Part shown: positions 45,120 through 54,059 of the stretch, piece by piece
How the letters are laid out: each line of letters opens with the position of its first letter
How positions within the stretch are numbered: position 1 is the first letter of the stretch
From: a virus
Lineage: Duplodnaviria; Caudoviricetes
IMG/VR virus record: IMGVR_UViG_3300004244_000010
Location: 7,322-71,321 of that record
Length of the DNA: 64,000 bases
Direction: 5' to 3' (one strand)
Position numbers and translations under genes: made by a program
The notes under the pieces: generated by a model
What the model was told of the DNA's origin: nothing
What the model saw: the letters and a program-made list of their open reading frames with translations, nothing else
Databases searched by the model: none

Positions 45120-45614
45120 TTATTCACTGGCGTGCGCAGGCTCGGGCGGCAGCACCGCGCACATCATGGCGCGCTGCGCCATCGTGGGCCGGTAGCCCTC
45201 TCCGATACGGGCACGCAGGCGGTAGGCCCAGTCGCGTGCCACGGACTCGCTCATGCCCTTGGCCGCTTCCGTCACCTGGCCGCGGATGTGGCCCAGCTTG
45301 GCCATTTCTTCCGCGATGCGTTTCGGGTCGGCCGGCGGGGGTGGCGGCAGGGCCACGTAGAGCTGGCTCTTGGGGGCCTGCCGGCAGAGGTTCTTGAACT
45401 GCACGACGTTGGGCACATGCTCAGGCAGGTTCTCGAGCGCGAACGCGATCTGCTCCAGCCCATGGGGCGTGTTGTAGGCGGCGAGCTCGAAGGCCCAGTG
45501 ACCCTTCACGTCGCCCAGCTTCGACGTGCCGACGATGCGGCGGTCGAAGTCCTGGCCATACGTGAGGATCAGGCGCTTGAACAAGCGCTCGACGGCGGTG
45601 GTGGAAAGGCTCAT
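45120..45614 (-). CDS. Replication protein P-like (helicase loader)
   Basis: VERLFKRL..TYG...P.V.QF..LCR; follows the O-like gene. Confidence 0.7.
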   Translation of the reverse strand: MSLSTTAVERLFKRLILTYGQDFDRRIVGTSKLGDVKGHWAFELAAYNTPHGLEQIAFALENLPEHVPNVVQFKNLCRQAPKSQLYVALPPPPPADPKRIAEEMAKLGHIRGQVTEAAKGMSESVARDWAYRLRARIGEGYRPTMAQRAMMCAVLPPEPAHASE

Positions 45615-46453
45615 GGGTGGGCTCCTATGGCCGGCAGCCGCGTGGGGTCGGCCGGCTCCATGTCGATGATGTCGCCGGGCAGCGCGCTGCTGCTGCGCTC
45701 GCCGGTGAGCTCTTCGTGGCGCTCGCGGGCGCGGCGCTCTCGCGGCGTCTCGCCGGGGCGGTAGTCGGCTGCGGCACGGTTGGCCGAGCTTCGAGCATCA
45801 GCCATCTGGTTCTTCACGATGCCCAGCACGTAGGCGAATCGCTTGCCGTTGGCCACCGCGGTGCGGCCGGCTGCGGCGAACATGCCAACATCGGCCCCCT
45901 GCTCTATCAGGTCGGTGAGCGTTTGGTGGCCCGGGTTCACGTCAGGGATGCCGATCGCCTTGAGGGTGACACACACTGCAGCTTGCATGGAGGGCGCTGC
46001 GGCGTTGACTTCGCCTCCCGCGTGTCTGTGGTCCTGGTCCTCTCCTTGATCCTGGTCCTTGGTCCTTGGTCCTTGGTCCAGCGACGAAGGCTCGCGAGGT
46101 TTCGCGATTGTTCGCGAATCCTCTTCTGGCCCGGGGAACTTGGAGGCTGACGGGCGGTCAATCTTCTGGTGTGACGCCCACTTAGCGATCTCCAGATAGG
46201 TCGTTCCTTCCACGACATACCGCCGGATGCAGCGCTCCACCTCCAGCTCCTTGAGCCATTCATCGATCAGGCCTGGCGCATCGTCGTCGTAGGGGAAAAG
46301 AAGGCTCGCGAGCATTCGCGAGGCTGCGCGAGTCCTGCCAGAGTCGTCGGCGATCGTCCACAGCAGCACGAACAACAGGCGCGCGTCACGGGACACCCGG
46401 CCCATGCTTTCGGACTGCGGGAACTCTGGCTTGATCGTGCGGATGCGGGCCAC
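45611..46453 (-). CDS. Replication initiator (O-like)
   Basis: MARIRTIKPEF...RLLFVLLWTIADDSGR...HQKIDRPSASK. Confidence 0.85.
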   Translation of the reverse strand: MARIRTIKPEFPQSESMGRVSRDARLLFVLLWTIADDSGRTRAASRMLASLLFPYDDDAPGLIDEWLKELEVERCIRRYVVEGTTYLEIAKWASHQKIDRPSASKFPGPEEDSRTIAKPREPSSLDQGPRTKDQDQGEDQDHRHAGGEVNAAAPSMQAAVCVTLKAIGIPDVNPGHQTLTDLIEQGADVGMFAAAGRTAVANGKRFAYVLGIVKNQMADARSSANRAAADYRPGETPRERRARERHEELTGERSSSALPGDIIDMEPADPTRLPAIGAHP

Positions 46454-46740
46454 TACGCAAGCCTCCAGATCCGCTCAGATCTGCCCGAGCGCGTGCGGCG
46501 GCTCTCGCCGGTGGGCGCGATCTTCTTGGCCTGCTGGAGCTCGGCCAGGCGCTTGCGCACGGCATAGCCATCGATGCCGATGGCGTCCCCGATCTGCTCG
46601 GCGCCGGCCGGGCCGCCCTTCAGCGATTCGAGGATGCGGGCCTCGTGGCCCTGGGCGAACTCAGCGACGCGCGCGGCGGCGAGGTGGCTGGTAGTCGGGT
46701 CGGAGTGGCGCACCAGGCGCGCGGCGGGAGACACATCCAT
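46453..46740 (-). CDS. Winged-helix DNA-binding protein
   Basis: AEQIGDAIGIDGYAVRKRLAEL...GRSERIWR. Confidence 0.75.
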   Translation of the reverse strand: MDVSPAARLVRHSDPTTSHLAAARVAEFAQGHEARILESLKGGPAGAEQIGDAIGIDGYAVRKRLAELQQAKKIAPTGESRRTRSGRSERIWRLA

Positions 46741-46741
46741 G

Positions 46742-47074
46742 TCAGGACTCCTTGATGACGACGGAATAGCGGAGGTAGCGCGGGTTGCGCGTGCCGTCCT
46801 GGAACGCGGCGATGAGGCCCTGGGAGCGCAGGAAGACCAGCGCCCAGTCGACGCTCCGTTCGCTGCGGCCGGTGGCCTCCACGATCTGCTCGCGGCGGTA
46901 GTAGCTGCCGGGGTGCGCGGTCAGGTACTGCAGCACCGTGGACGAAGCGCTGTCGGGGCGGATCACGCCGGCGGGCCTGGGGTTGAAACGTGGTTCGTTC
47001 TCGCGCAGGTTCTGGCGCTGCGCCTGGTCGGTTGCGGCCATGATCCGCTTGGCCAGCCAGTCGACACCATTCAT
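46742..47074 (-). CDS. Winged-helix DNA-binding protein
   Basis: REQIVEATGRSERSVDWALVFLRSQGLI; ATGA overlap with the upstream stop. Confidence 0.75.
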   Translation of the reverse strand: MNGVDWLAKRIMAATDQAQRQNLRENEPRFNPRPAGVIRPDSASSTVLQYLTAHPGSYYRREQIVEATGRSERSVDWALVFLRSQGLIAAFQDGTRNPRYLRYSVVIKES

Positions 47075-47337
47075 GACTGGGCACCGGGATTGTTCGGGCT
47101 TTGATCCCATTCACGCGGGGCCAGGGGGCGCGCTAACCTGCGCAGCATGCAGAGATCGCCGTACACCGCCCGCTCAAGGATGCACCGCACGTACTCGCTT
47201 TTTGGTACGCCAGCGACCGCGGCCAGCGCGATCACCGCTTCTTCGAGATCCTGGCTCACCGGAACATCGAGGCGCGATGTGAGCTTGCCGCCTGAGTCCG
47301 ATCTGCCTGAGCGGGAGAGCATCGTCTGGGTGTCCAT
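47071..47337 (-). CDS. Ribbon-helix-helix regulator (cII position)
   Basis: RLDVPVSQDLEEAV..LA...GVPKSEYVRCIL. Confidence 0.75.
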   Translation of the reverse strand: MDTQTMLSRSGRSDSGGKLTSRLDVPVSQDLEEAVIALAAVAGVPKSEYVRCILERAVYGDLCMLRRLARPLAPREWDQSPNNPGAQS

Positions 47338-47506
47338 GGGTCTGGAGTCCTACGTGGGTGAATCGTTTTTGTGGCAGGCCGGCGCCCTCTTCTGGGCGGC
47401 CGTCTGTTTCTTCCGGGCTGGCGCAGCGTCGAAGGGGATCCCGATGACGCCGCGCATCTGGTGGGAGATCTGCCAGTGCGCGTGCATCGTGGTGGTCCTG
47501 TTCGCC

Positions 47507-47797
47507 CTACTTAGCGAGGCGCGTGGATGCAGGCAGGGGGGCGCGTCCGCGGCGGGGCAAGACTGCCTTGTCGTGGACGCGAGCTGCTGATGCACGACTA
47601 CGCCGTTCCTTGCGGTCGTGCGCGTCAAACCATTCCAGGATCGCGTCGGCATGGTTCACGCGCGGGATGGATTTGCGCAAAAAGATCCGGCTTACCGTGG
47701 CCTGCGCCACGCCGGTTTCTTTGGCAATGCGTTGATGCAGGCCCACCGCGTCGTCCAGGCGCCGCAGCAGTTCGTCATAGGTCTTTTCGCGCTTCAT
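47507..47797 (-). CDS. cro: Cro-like HTH regulator
   Basis: RIAKETGVAQATVSRI; divergent from cI. Confidence 0.8.
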   Translation of the reverse strand: MKREKTYDELLRRLDDAVGLHQRIAKETGVAQATVSRIFLRKSIPRVNHADAILEWFDAHDRKERRSRASAARVHDKAVLPRRGRAPLPASTRLAK

Positions 47798-47803
47798 GCG
47801 GTC

Positions 47804-47874
47804 AGTGTATCCGCTATCGGTTATTCATGAAACCCCCGTCGCATATCCGCCAGCGGCACAATCCGCAAACCGCT
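47804..47874. promoter_or_regulatory. cro/cI switch: leftward promoter plus three operators
   Basis: Minus strand TTTCAT-17-TACACT; operators ATCCGCTATCGGTT (47809), ATCCGCCAGCGGCA (47845), ATCCGCAAACCGCT (47861). Confidence 0.75.
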
Positions 47875-48405
47875 ATGGAACTAAAAGACATACTCGCAAT
47901 GCGCCTGCGCGCGCTGATGGACGCCAGGCCCGATCTGGACACCCAGACCAAGGTCAGCAAGCGCGCCGGCGTTTCGCAGTCCACCGTGCAGCGGGTGCTG
48001 AATCGAGAAGTGGCCACGAACCTTGATGTGATCTCAGATCTGGCCAAGTGCTTCAGGGTTTCTCCCCAGGATCTTCTCGCACCGATGCCGGCCGATCGTG
48101 TAACAGAGCGTGTCGTTCCGTCTTACGATGAGCAGGAGCTTCTATTGGCGTGGCGCGGACTTTCTGATGCGGATAAGCACCGCATCATGGCGTTCGTCAG
48201 TATCTCGCTGGCCGCTGAAAAAAAGGGAGCGGACAAAAAGGAAGCGCGGGGGGAACTGAACGTGGACGAGGTTAAAAGGGTGCCGGCCGCTGCTCTCGCA
48301 GCGGTTAGACGCACCTCGGTTAGGGAGCCGGACAAGCCAACTCCACTAACCAAGAGGGAACATGGCACCGACCAACAAACCAAACGAAAAGGTCGCCATT
48401 CTTGA
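47875..48405 (+). CDS. cI: CI-like XRE repressor lacking an S24 peptidase domain
   Basis: TQTKVSKRAGVSQSTVQRVL HTH; DEQELLLAWRGLS C-terminal region. Confidence 0.85.
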   Translation: MELKDILAMRLRALMDARPDLDTQTKVSKRAGVSQSTVQRVLNREVATNLDVISDLAKCFRVSPQDLLAPMPADRVTERVVPSYDEQELLLAWRGLSDADKHRIMAFVSISLAAEKKGADKKEARGELNVDEVKRVPAAALAAVRRTSVREPDKPTPLTKREHGTDQQTKRKGRHS

Positions 48406-48667
48406 TCGAGGACTTGACGCGCTAGAACCGCACCGCGAACGAGTCTCACAGATCAAGAAATGGCATGTAGAGCAAGCGACTTCAGATCGCAAGCCCGTAG
48501 CAAGTCTCAACATAACCATTACGTTCGATGGAGAGATTGAAACTACAGGCCTCGGACTTGAACCGATCTACGTTCAACTCCTGCTTGACGAAATGAACCG
48601 GGTCAGCGGGGAACTTGAGCTGCAGCTGCATCCCAATTCGCTAGACGTTCCGCGCTGCGGCTGGTAG
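48362..48667 (+). CDS. Hypothetical protein co-transcribed with cI
   Basis: GAGGG SD; overlaps the cI 3' end by 44 nt; terminator follows. Confidence 0.65.
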   Translation: MAPTNKPNEKVAILDRGLDALEPHRERVSQIKKWHVEQATSDRKPVASLNITITFDGEIETTGLGLEPIYVQLLLDEMNRVSGELELQLHPNSLDVPRCGW

Positions 48668-48684
48668 CCCGCGCAACACTCACC

Positions 48685-48715
48685 AAGCGCGCATCCTCCC
48701 TGTCGCGCTTTTTGT
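48685..48715 (+). terminator. Terminator after the cI operon
   Basis: AAGCGCG/CGCGCTT stem plus T-run. Confidence 0.65.
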
Positions 48716-48727
48716 TTGGCTCTTCAT

Positions 48728-48768
48728 ATCCGTTATAGGTTTACATATCATCCGTTTCCGGTTATTCT
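48728..48768 (+). promoter_or_regulatory. Early promoter 1 with two operators
   Basis: TTTACA-17-TATTCT; ATCCGTTATAGGTT and ATCCGTTTCCGGTT. Confidence 0.8.
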
Positions 48769-48803
48769 GCATCCGTGGTCAGGAACTAAGCAGAAGGAAC
48801 AGG

Positions 48804-48995
48804 ATGATCAGCCAGCAATTCATTCTCCCGATCTCGCATGAGATCACCGTTGATCTCTTCGCCGGCGCCGATGGCCGCGTGCTGCCAAAAGACGCTCAGG
48901 TTCGCATGTGCGGCAACTCGGTGTGCCCACCGCTGGCGGCCGCGATTGTGCGGTCCAACTATTCGGACTCGATGGAAATTCGTCGGGCCGCTTAA
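48804..48995 (+). pseudogene. Internally deleted C5-cytosine methyltransferase remnant (63 aa, in frame)
   Basis: Motif I (TVDLFAG) joined almost directly to motif X (QVRMCGNSVCPP); the catalytic PC and TRD are missing. Confidence 0.75.
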
Positions 48996-49009
48996 TTGCG
49001 CCCGCAAAT

Positions 49010-49023
49010 ATCCGACATCGGTT
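49010..49023 (+). promoter_or_regulatory. Operator-like site
   Basis: ATCCGACATCGGTT just upstream of the GGAGG SD. Confidence 0.6.
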
Positions 49024-49036
49024 TTTCGGAGGATCC

Positions 49037-49225
49037 ATGCAAGACGCCCTCACCTACCGTTACCCGCGCACCCTCGATGAGGCCTTCGGCCTTGACGCGG
49101 ACAGCGCCAACCCCGTTGAGGGTCCGTTTGTGAATCCCTCCCGCGGCGACTCGCTGACGACGACCAGCAGCCTGCTGGCTCTGGGCACGCTGCTGATCTT
49201 CATGGCTATCGGGTGGGTGAAGTGA
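49037..49225 (+). CDS. Small membrane-anchored phage protein
   Basis: GGAGG SD; YPRTLDEAFG motif; C-terminal TM. Confidence 0.7.
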   Translation: MQDALTYRYPRTLDEAFGLDADSANPVEGPFVNPSRGDSLTTTSSLLALGTLLIFMAIGWVK

Positions 49226-49461
49226 TCGGCGCCGAGGCCTGGCGCGCCTGGGGCATCCCAGTGCGCGCTGAAGAAGAACCTAGCGGACCCGTGAGCGCGG
49301 CCGATCTGGACGCGTCCATCCACACCAGCCAGCGCATGTCCGCCTACTTTGAAGACGCCCGCCCACCGATGAGTCCGGCCGAAGGCTGGGCGCTGGTGGC
49401 GATTCTTTCTATCAGCGCCGCCCTCGTGATCGGCGGCGCCCTCTTGATTGCGACCTACTGA
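49222..49461 (+). CDS. Small membrane protein
   Basis: GTGA overlap; C-terminal TM. Confidence 0.6.
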   Translation: MIGAEAWRAWGIPVRAEEEPSGPVSAADLDASIHTSQRMSAYFEDARPPMSPAEGWALVAILSISAALVIGGALLIATY

Positions 49462-49919
49462 TGCCAAAACGTCCACCCTATGGCGAGCTGACCAAGCAGG
49501 TGCTGGCGCTGGCCAGCCGCGAGCGCGGTATGACCACCAAAGACATTGACGGCGCGAGCATTCCCCAGGTCGGGCGCGCCTGCAGAAAGCTGTGCGCTGA
49601 GGGCGTGCTGTTCTGCGCGCGACTCAGCTACAAGTCCGCGCGCTACTTCACCGACAAGACCCGCGCCGAAGAGCTGGAGAAGCGCTCGAAGGACTGCCGC
49701 GACCGCGGCTGGGTGGACGACACCAAGACCACCGCCAAGGCCCAACGCACACCGGCCTGGAAGAACGGGCCAGCCGCGAATCCGGCCGGCGTCGAGGCGC
49801 AGCGCTTCACCGCGCCCCCTCAGCGCGTCCAGGTGGTCGAGCTGCTGTCCGATCACAAGCCCGTCGTTCGCTCTGGTGCGTTCGACTTTAGAAAATACCA
49901 AAAGCCTGGAAGGTACTGA
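49461..49919 (+). CDS. Hypothetical protein (possible wHTH N-terminus)
   Basis: Coupled ORF. Confidence 0.65.
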   Translation: MPKRPPYGELTKQVLALASRERGMTTKDIDGASIPQVGRACRKLCAEGVLFCARLSYKSARYFTDKTRAEELEKRSKDCRDRGWVDDTKTTAKAQRTPAWKNGPAANPAGVEAQRFTAPPQRVQVVELLSDHKPVVRSGAFDFRKYQKPGRY

Positions 49920-49922
49920 AGC

Positions 49923-50249
49923 ATGGGATTCGTCAACATCCACGGCCAGCCGATCGACTGGGCCGGCCTGCACGCCCGCCAGGCCGAAGAGGCCAGGCGC
50001 CGGTATGTGATGGGTATCGCGCCATCACGCAAGCCAACGGTGAAGCGCGGCTATGCCGCTGAGCCTGGATCTGGCCCAACGAACAAGCGCTGCGCCGACT
50101 GCGAACACAAGCGCTCCTTCGGCGGGCCGCATGGCGGCAAGCACTTCATCAAGTGCGAGCTTCGACGGCCCACATGGACCAATGGCGAAGGCACCGACAT
50201 CCTGGCGCGCACTCCGGCGTGCTGCCTATTCAAGCAAAAGGAATCCTGA
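49923..50249 (+). CDS. Cys-rich hypothetical protein
   Basis: CADCEH...KCEL...ACCLF. Confidence 0.7.
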   Translation: MGFVNIHGQPIDWAGLHARQAEEARRRYVMGIAPSRKPTVKRGYAAEPGSGPTNKRCADCEHKRSFGGPHGGKHFIKCELRRPTWTNGEGTDILARTPACCLFKQKES

Positions 50250-50250
50250 C

Positions 50251-51111
50251 ATGACCATCCAACAAGCCGCCCTTGAGGCGCTGGTAGACGAATTTGCACA
50301 CTGCGCCGCAAAGGCTCACGCCGAGTCCCTCTACGGCACCAGCAAGGGCTACACAGCTGAGTGCCGGCGCCATGAATCCGAAGCGCGCGCAAATCTGATG
50401 GCCGCCCTCCAGCAGCCCCAAGGCGTCCAATCCCCAGCAGAGGCACATGGCGTGACCGTCGCCGACATCCTGGCCGAGTTCGACCGACGCGCTGCCCCGG
50501 GCACCGGGTTCTATGAGCCCGAGGAACCGGCCCAGATCATCCGCGCCATGCTCGCCAAATCCCAGGCCCAGCCCAAGGGGACTGTGCCTGCAGGCTTCGA
50601 GCAAGTGGCGCTGCCGTCTGGCAGCTTCGGCTGGCGCTATGCGGTTGAAGAGTCGGCAAAGCTGCTGCGGACCATTGATCGAAATGGCGGCCTTGAGTCG
50701 GGCGGCGAGAGCTACCCCAACGCGCTCAACGTCCACGACATGGCGCAGCGCCTGGATTCGCTGCTGAAGCTCGCAGCACCGCAGCAAGCACAGGCTTCCC
50801 AATCCCCCGCGCCTGCACATGCCAACGACCGCTGGACGATCATCAGCCCGCAGGGCAATGCGTTCACGGGCGAGACGCCATTCCGTGCCGCGAACGAGGC
50901 CAACAAGCACGTCCGCGCCACCGACCCGGCCGAGGCGAAGAAGTTCGCCGACATGCTGGAGCGCCTGCGGGCTGAGAACGAGGCAGAGAACGCCCGTCTG
51001 CTGGCCGAGCACGGCACGCTGAACTGCCCGACCTGCGGCGGGTCGGGCCACATCGGCGACGTCGTCGCCTCGCTGCGGGAGAGGCTCAAGCCCACCGGAG
51101 GCCAGTCGTGA
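50251..51111 (+). CDS. Mosaic hypothetical protein with C-terminal CxxC motif
   Basis: ATG 50251 after AAGGA; NCPTCGGSGH. Confidence 0.7.
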   Translation: MTIQQAALEALVDEFAHCAAKAHAESLYGTSKGYTAECRRHESEARANLMAALQQPQGVQSPAEAHGVTVADILAEFDRRAAPGTGFYEPEEPAQIIRAMLAKSQAQPKGTVPAGFEQVALPSGSFGWRYAVEESAKLLRTIDRNGGLESGGESYPNALNVHDMAQRLDSLLKLAAPQQAQASQSPAPAHANDRWTIISPQGNAFTGETPFRAANEANKHVRATDPAEAKKFADMLERLRAENEAENARLLAEHGTLNCPTCGGSGHIGDVVASLRERLKPTGGQS

Positions 51112-51377
51112 GCGCCAAGCACGCATCTGAAATTACCGCCGAACAGCTAGGAACGGCCCGCCAGATCGCGTCGAACTTTTATGAGCCGCGCAAGGCGTGG
51201 CCGGCGGCGCTTGCGGCCAAGAGTTTTCGCGGCGAGGCAAAGCGCCTGCGCGCGCAGAGCAGGCAGTCCGAACAACGCCTCATCGGCGGCATCCCTGTCG
51301 TGTGGCGCTTCGTGGCTCGAATGCTGGATGAGCAAGCCAACTTCTTGACCGCCGCAACCGAGGATTCAAATGACTGA
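51108..51377 (+). CDS. Hypothetical protein
   Basis: GGAGG SD, GTGA overlap. Confidence 0.6.
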   Translation: MSAKHASEITAEQLGTARQIASNFYEPRKAWPAALAAKSFRGEAKRLRAQSRQSEQRLIGGIPVVWRFVARMLDEQANFLTAATEDSND

Positions 51378-52005
51378 ACCACATGCTGCAAAGCTGGCCC
51401 ACGACGTGCTGCACAAGGTGCGCGCGATGGTGCCAGAAAGCGACTCCGCGCATGCCGAGATTGGCGCCGCCATGGAAGCTCTGCGGACCGCGACTCAAGC
51501 CCCCGCAGTAGGGGCTGAGCCCGAGATTCCTGACTACGCCGTCGAAATCAACCGCCTGCGAAACGTCATCCAGGCGGCTTGCTCCGGTGGGCTGGATCAC
51601 ATGATCGAGCGCTGGAAGGTGCTGTTCCCCGATGCGCCTGTGCCGACAGTTCGGCAGCAGGCCGACAACTGGCAACAGTACGCCACAGAGCGCGAAGACA
51701 CCGCACAGCAAGTCATCGAGCGCCACCGCAAGGAGCACGAGTCGCTGCTGCGTCTGCTGGCCCAGGCGCGCACCGAACTGGGCCGGGCCTACCGCTGCAT
51801 TCAGGGCATGCACAACGCTTTGAACAAGGGATCCACCTTCGATGATGGCTACCACTCGCTGACGCTCGGCGCCGCCAAGCGCTTCGTGTTCGAGGGCGCC
51901 ATAGATGGAAGCGACTACTTCGTCGGCAAGAAGGTCGAGGTATTGCACGCGGCGCTGGCCCTGCCGGAATCCAATGTGCCGGTACAACCCATTGGAGGTG
52001 CGTGA
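51370..52005 (+). CDS. Hypothetical coiled-coil protein
   Basis: GAGGA SD; coupled to the next gene. Confidence 0.7.
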   Translation: MTEPHAAKLAHDVLHKVRAMVPESDSAHAEIGAAMEALRTATQAPAVGAEPEIPDYAVEINRLRNVIQAACSGGLDHMIERWKVLFPDAPVPTVRQQADNWQQYATEREDTAQQVIERHRKEHESLLRLLAQARTELGRAYRCIQGMHNALNKGSTFDDGYHSLTLGAAKRFVFEGAIDGSDYFVGKKVEVLHAALALPESNVPVQPIGGA

Positions 52006-52262
52006 TGGGCAACTGCACGCACGAACGGCGCTGGTCCACCTGGGAAGACGTGGAGGTCGGGCTCTACGGGGAGACCGAGCGGCAACTCGTTGAGCACCGC
52101 CAGTCGTACCAGGAAGACATCGACGTGGGCCGCTTCCGCTGCACCCAATGCGGCGAGGTCGGCTACTACACAGGGTCGTGGAAGAAGTTCTTCGAGACCG
52201 GCGAGCCGTGCCCCGGCAGCGACCTGTACCGGATGGCCAACGGCCGGATGGTCCGCAAATGA
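52005..52262 (+). CDS. Small Cys-containing protein
   Basis: GGAGG SD; [12 protein letters not shown]. Confidence 0.7.
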   Translation: MGNCTHERRWSTWEDVEVGLYGETERQLVEHRQSYQEDIDVGRFRCTQCGEVGYYTGSWKKFFETGEPCPGSDLYRMANGRMVRK

Positions 52263-52305
52263 ATTCAATCCCCTCACAGGGCACCGAGCCCGGAAAGACC
52301 AAACC

Positions 52306-52557
52306 ATGAACCGCACCGATATTGAAGCCCGCGTTCTTCGCGTCGTCGCAGCGCAAATGGGCGTCTCTGAGAAGGCGCTGACGCCGGAGGCAACCTTTGT
52401 CGCCGACCTCGGCGCCGACAGCCTGGATTCCATTGAGCTGATCATGGCTCTGGAAGACGAGTTCGGCCTCGAAATCGCCGAGGAAGACGCGGAACAGATC
52501 ACCAACTCGGCCCAGGTCGTTGACTGGATCGTGAAGCAGCCCGGCTTCGGCGCCTGA
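52306..52557 (+). CDS. acpP: Phage-encoded acyl carrier protein
   Basis: [27 protein letters not shown], matching ACP with the phosphopantetheine Ser (DSL) intact. Confidence 0.95.
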   Translation: MNRTDIEARVLRVVAAQMGVSEKALTPEATFVADLGADSLDSIELIMALEDEFGLEIAEEDAEQITNSAQVVDWIVKQPGFGA

Positions 52558-52587
52558 TCCAAGGCTCGCCGGTCGCACATCGAATTC

Positions 52588-53343
52588 ATGACCTACGAGA
52601 AAGTCATCATCGGTAGCGCCACGCTGTATCGCGGCGATGCGCGTGAGCTGCGTGACGTGTTCCCGCCCGTAGACGCCATCGTCGGCGACCCGCCCTACGG
52701 CCAGGCCTACAAGGTCAACACCTTCCACGCGGGAGGAACCCGGCAGAACGCGGTGGTGCAGCGCAACGGCGGCGTGCTCATGGTCAACCCGAACGTCCAT
52801 GCCGAGATCGTGGGCGACGACGAACCGTTCGACCCGTCGCCGTGGCTGGCCCTGGCCCCAACCGTGCTGTTGTGGGGCGCGCACAAGTTCGCCGACCGCC
52901 TGCCGGCAGGCGGCTGGCTCGTCTGGGACAAGGTGCCTACCGGCAAGGTCCGCAGCCAGGGAGACGGCGAGGCCGCCTGGATCAACCGCGATCAGCCGAT
53001 GCGGCTGTTCCGCCTTCTGTGGGATGGCCTTTGTGTCGGCGAGGGTGCCCGCCATGAGGTCACGGCCGGACAGAAGCGCCACCACCCGATGCAGAAGCCC
53101 GAAGCGCTCATGCGCTGGTGCATCGAGCAGGCCGGCACACCTCGGCGAGTCCTTGACCCATGGATGGGCAGCGGCTCCACCGGGGTCGCCGCGATGCAGA
53201 TGGGCCTGACGTTCGTCGGCTGCGAGAAGGTCGGGAGCTACTTCGAGATCGCCTGCAGGCGCATCGAGGCGTCTCAGCAGCAAGCCCAGCTCTTTGAACG
53301 CACCGCGCCGGCCGAGCCTGAGCAGGCCGGCCTGGCCCTCTGA
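52588..53343 (+). CDS. Orphan DNA methyltransferase (N6A/N4C, beta class)
   Basis: DPPY before HPMQKP and DPWMGSGSTG. Confidence 0.92.
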   Translation: MTYEKVIIGSATLYRGDARELRDVFPPVDAIVGDPPYGQAYKVNTFHAGGTRQNAVVQRNGGVLMVNPNVHAEIVGDDEPFDPSPWLALAPTVLLWGAHKFADRLPAGGWLVWDKVPTGKVRSQGDGEAAWINRDQPMRLFRLLWDGLCVGEGARHEVTAGQKRHHPMQKPEALMRWCIEQAGTPRRVLDPWMGSGSTGVAAMQMGLTFVGCEKVGSYFEIACRRIEASQQQAQLFERTAPAEPEQAGLAL

Positions 53344-53394
53344 TTCCAATCCCCCATTGCCATCCATCGTTTCCCAACCGCCTGAAAGGCAACC

Positions 53395-53676
53395 ATGACC
53401 GAACCAATCCCTGAAATCAAATCCAGCATCAAGGGCTACCGCCAACTGAGCGCGGCAGAGCAGGCCCTCATCAACGAGGGCAAGGCGCTGGCCGAGCAGT
53501 GCGGCGCGTGGATCGCCAAGCTGCGCACGCACCCGCAGGCCAATCCCGAGCAGGCGCCGACCGTCAATGACGCGCTTGTCCCGTTGGATCAGCGCTGGGT
53601 CTCCATCGGCGCCACCGAACTGCAACAGGGCTTCATGTCCGTGATTCGCGGCATCGCCCAATCCACCACGTTCTGA
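53395..53676 (+). CDS. acb2: Anti-CBASS protein Acb2 homolog (cyclic-oligonucleotide sponge)
   Basis: IKGYRQLS...INEGK...RWVSIGATELQQGFMSVIRGIAQSTTF parallels recalled Acb2 IKGYRDLS...NRVK...[27 protein letters not shown]. Confidence 0.88.
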   Translation: MTEPIPEIKSSIKGYRQLSAAEQALINEGKALAEQCGAWIAKLRTHPQANPEQAPTVNDALVPLDQRWVSIGATELQQGFMSVIRGIAQSTTF

Positions 53677-53748
53677 CCGAGCGCTGACCGTGCCCGGCGT
53701 GCCGGGCATCTGTGAACGCTTCCCCATCCCCTGCACCCGGACATCGAC

Positions 53749-54033
53749 ATGAGCACCGACAACCCCATGATCCCGCTGTCTGCGATGCGCGCCATCGCCG
53801 TCGAAGCCATTCGCGCCGTCACCGGCTGTCCCGACATCAGGGGCAATGAGGGGCTCTACCTCGTGGACGAGCTGGAGGCCGTCGCCAAGGCTGCGGCAGC
53901 GCGCCTCAATGTGCTTGACCGCTTCAGGTTTGAGGTCGTCATCAACAAGAGCATTCCGGCCGGCGTTGTTCGTCTCTACCAGGATGGCAAGCTCGTCGGC
54001 GAGGTCACAAACATAGCGGATCAAAAGCGCTGA
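53749..54033 (+). CDS. Hypothetical protein
   Basis: ORF in the early operon. Confidence 0.65.
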   Translation: MSTDNPMIPLSAMRAIAVEAIRAVTGCPDIRGNEGLYLVDELEAVAKAAAARLNVLDRFRFEVVINKSIPAGVVRLYQDGKLVGEVTNIADQKR

Positions 54034-54059
54034 TTCCCAAGCCCCTGCCGACGAACACC

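Noticed and set aside
51280-54024. 914-aa minus-strand ORF
   Set aside because: Shadow of several well-supported plus-strand genes (ACP, MTase, acb2).
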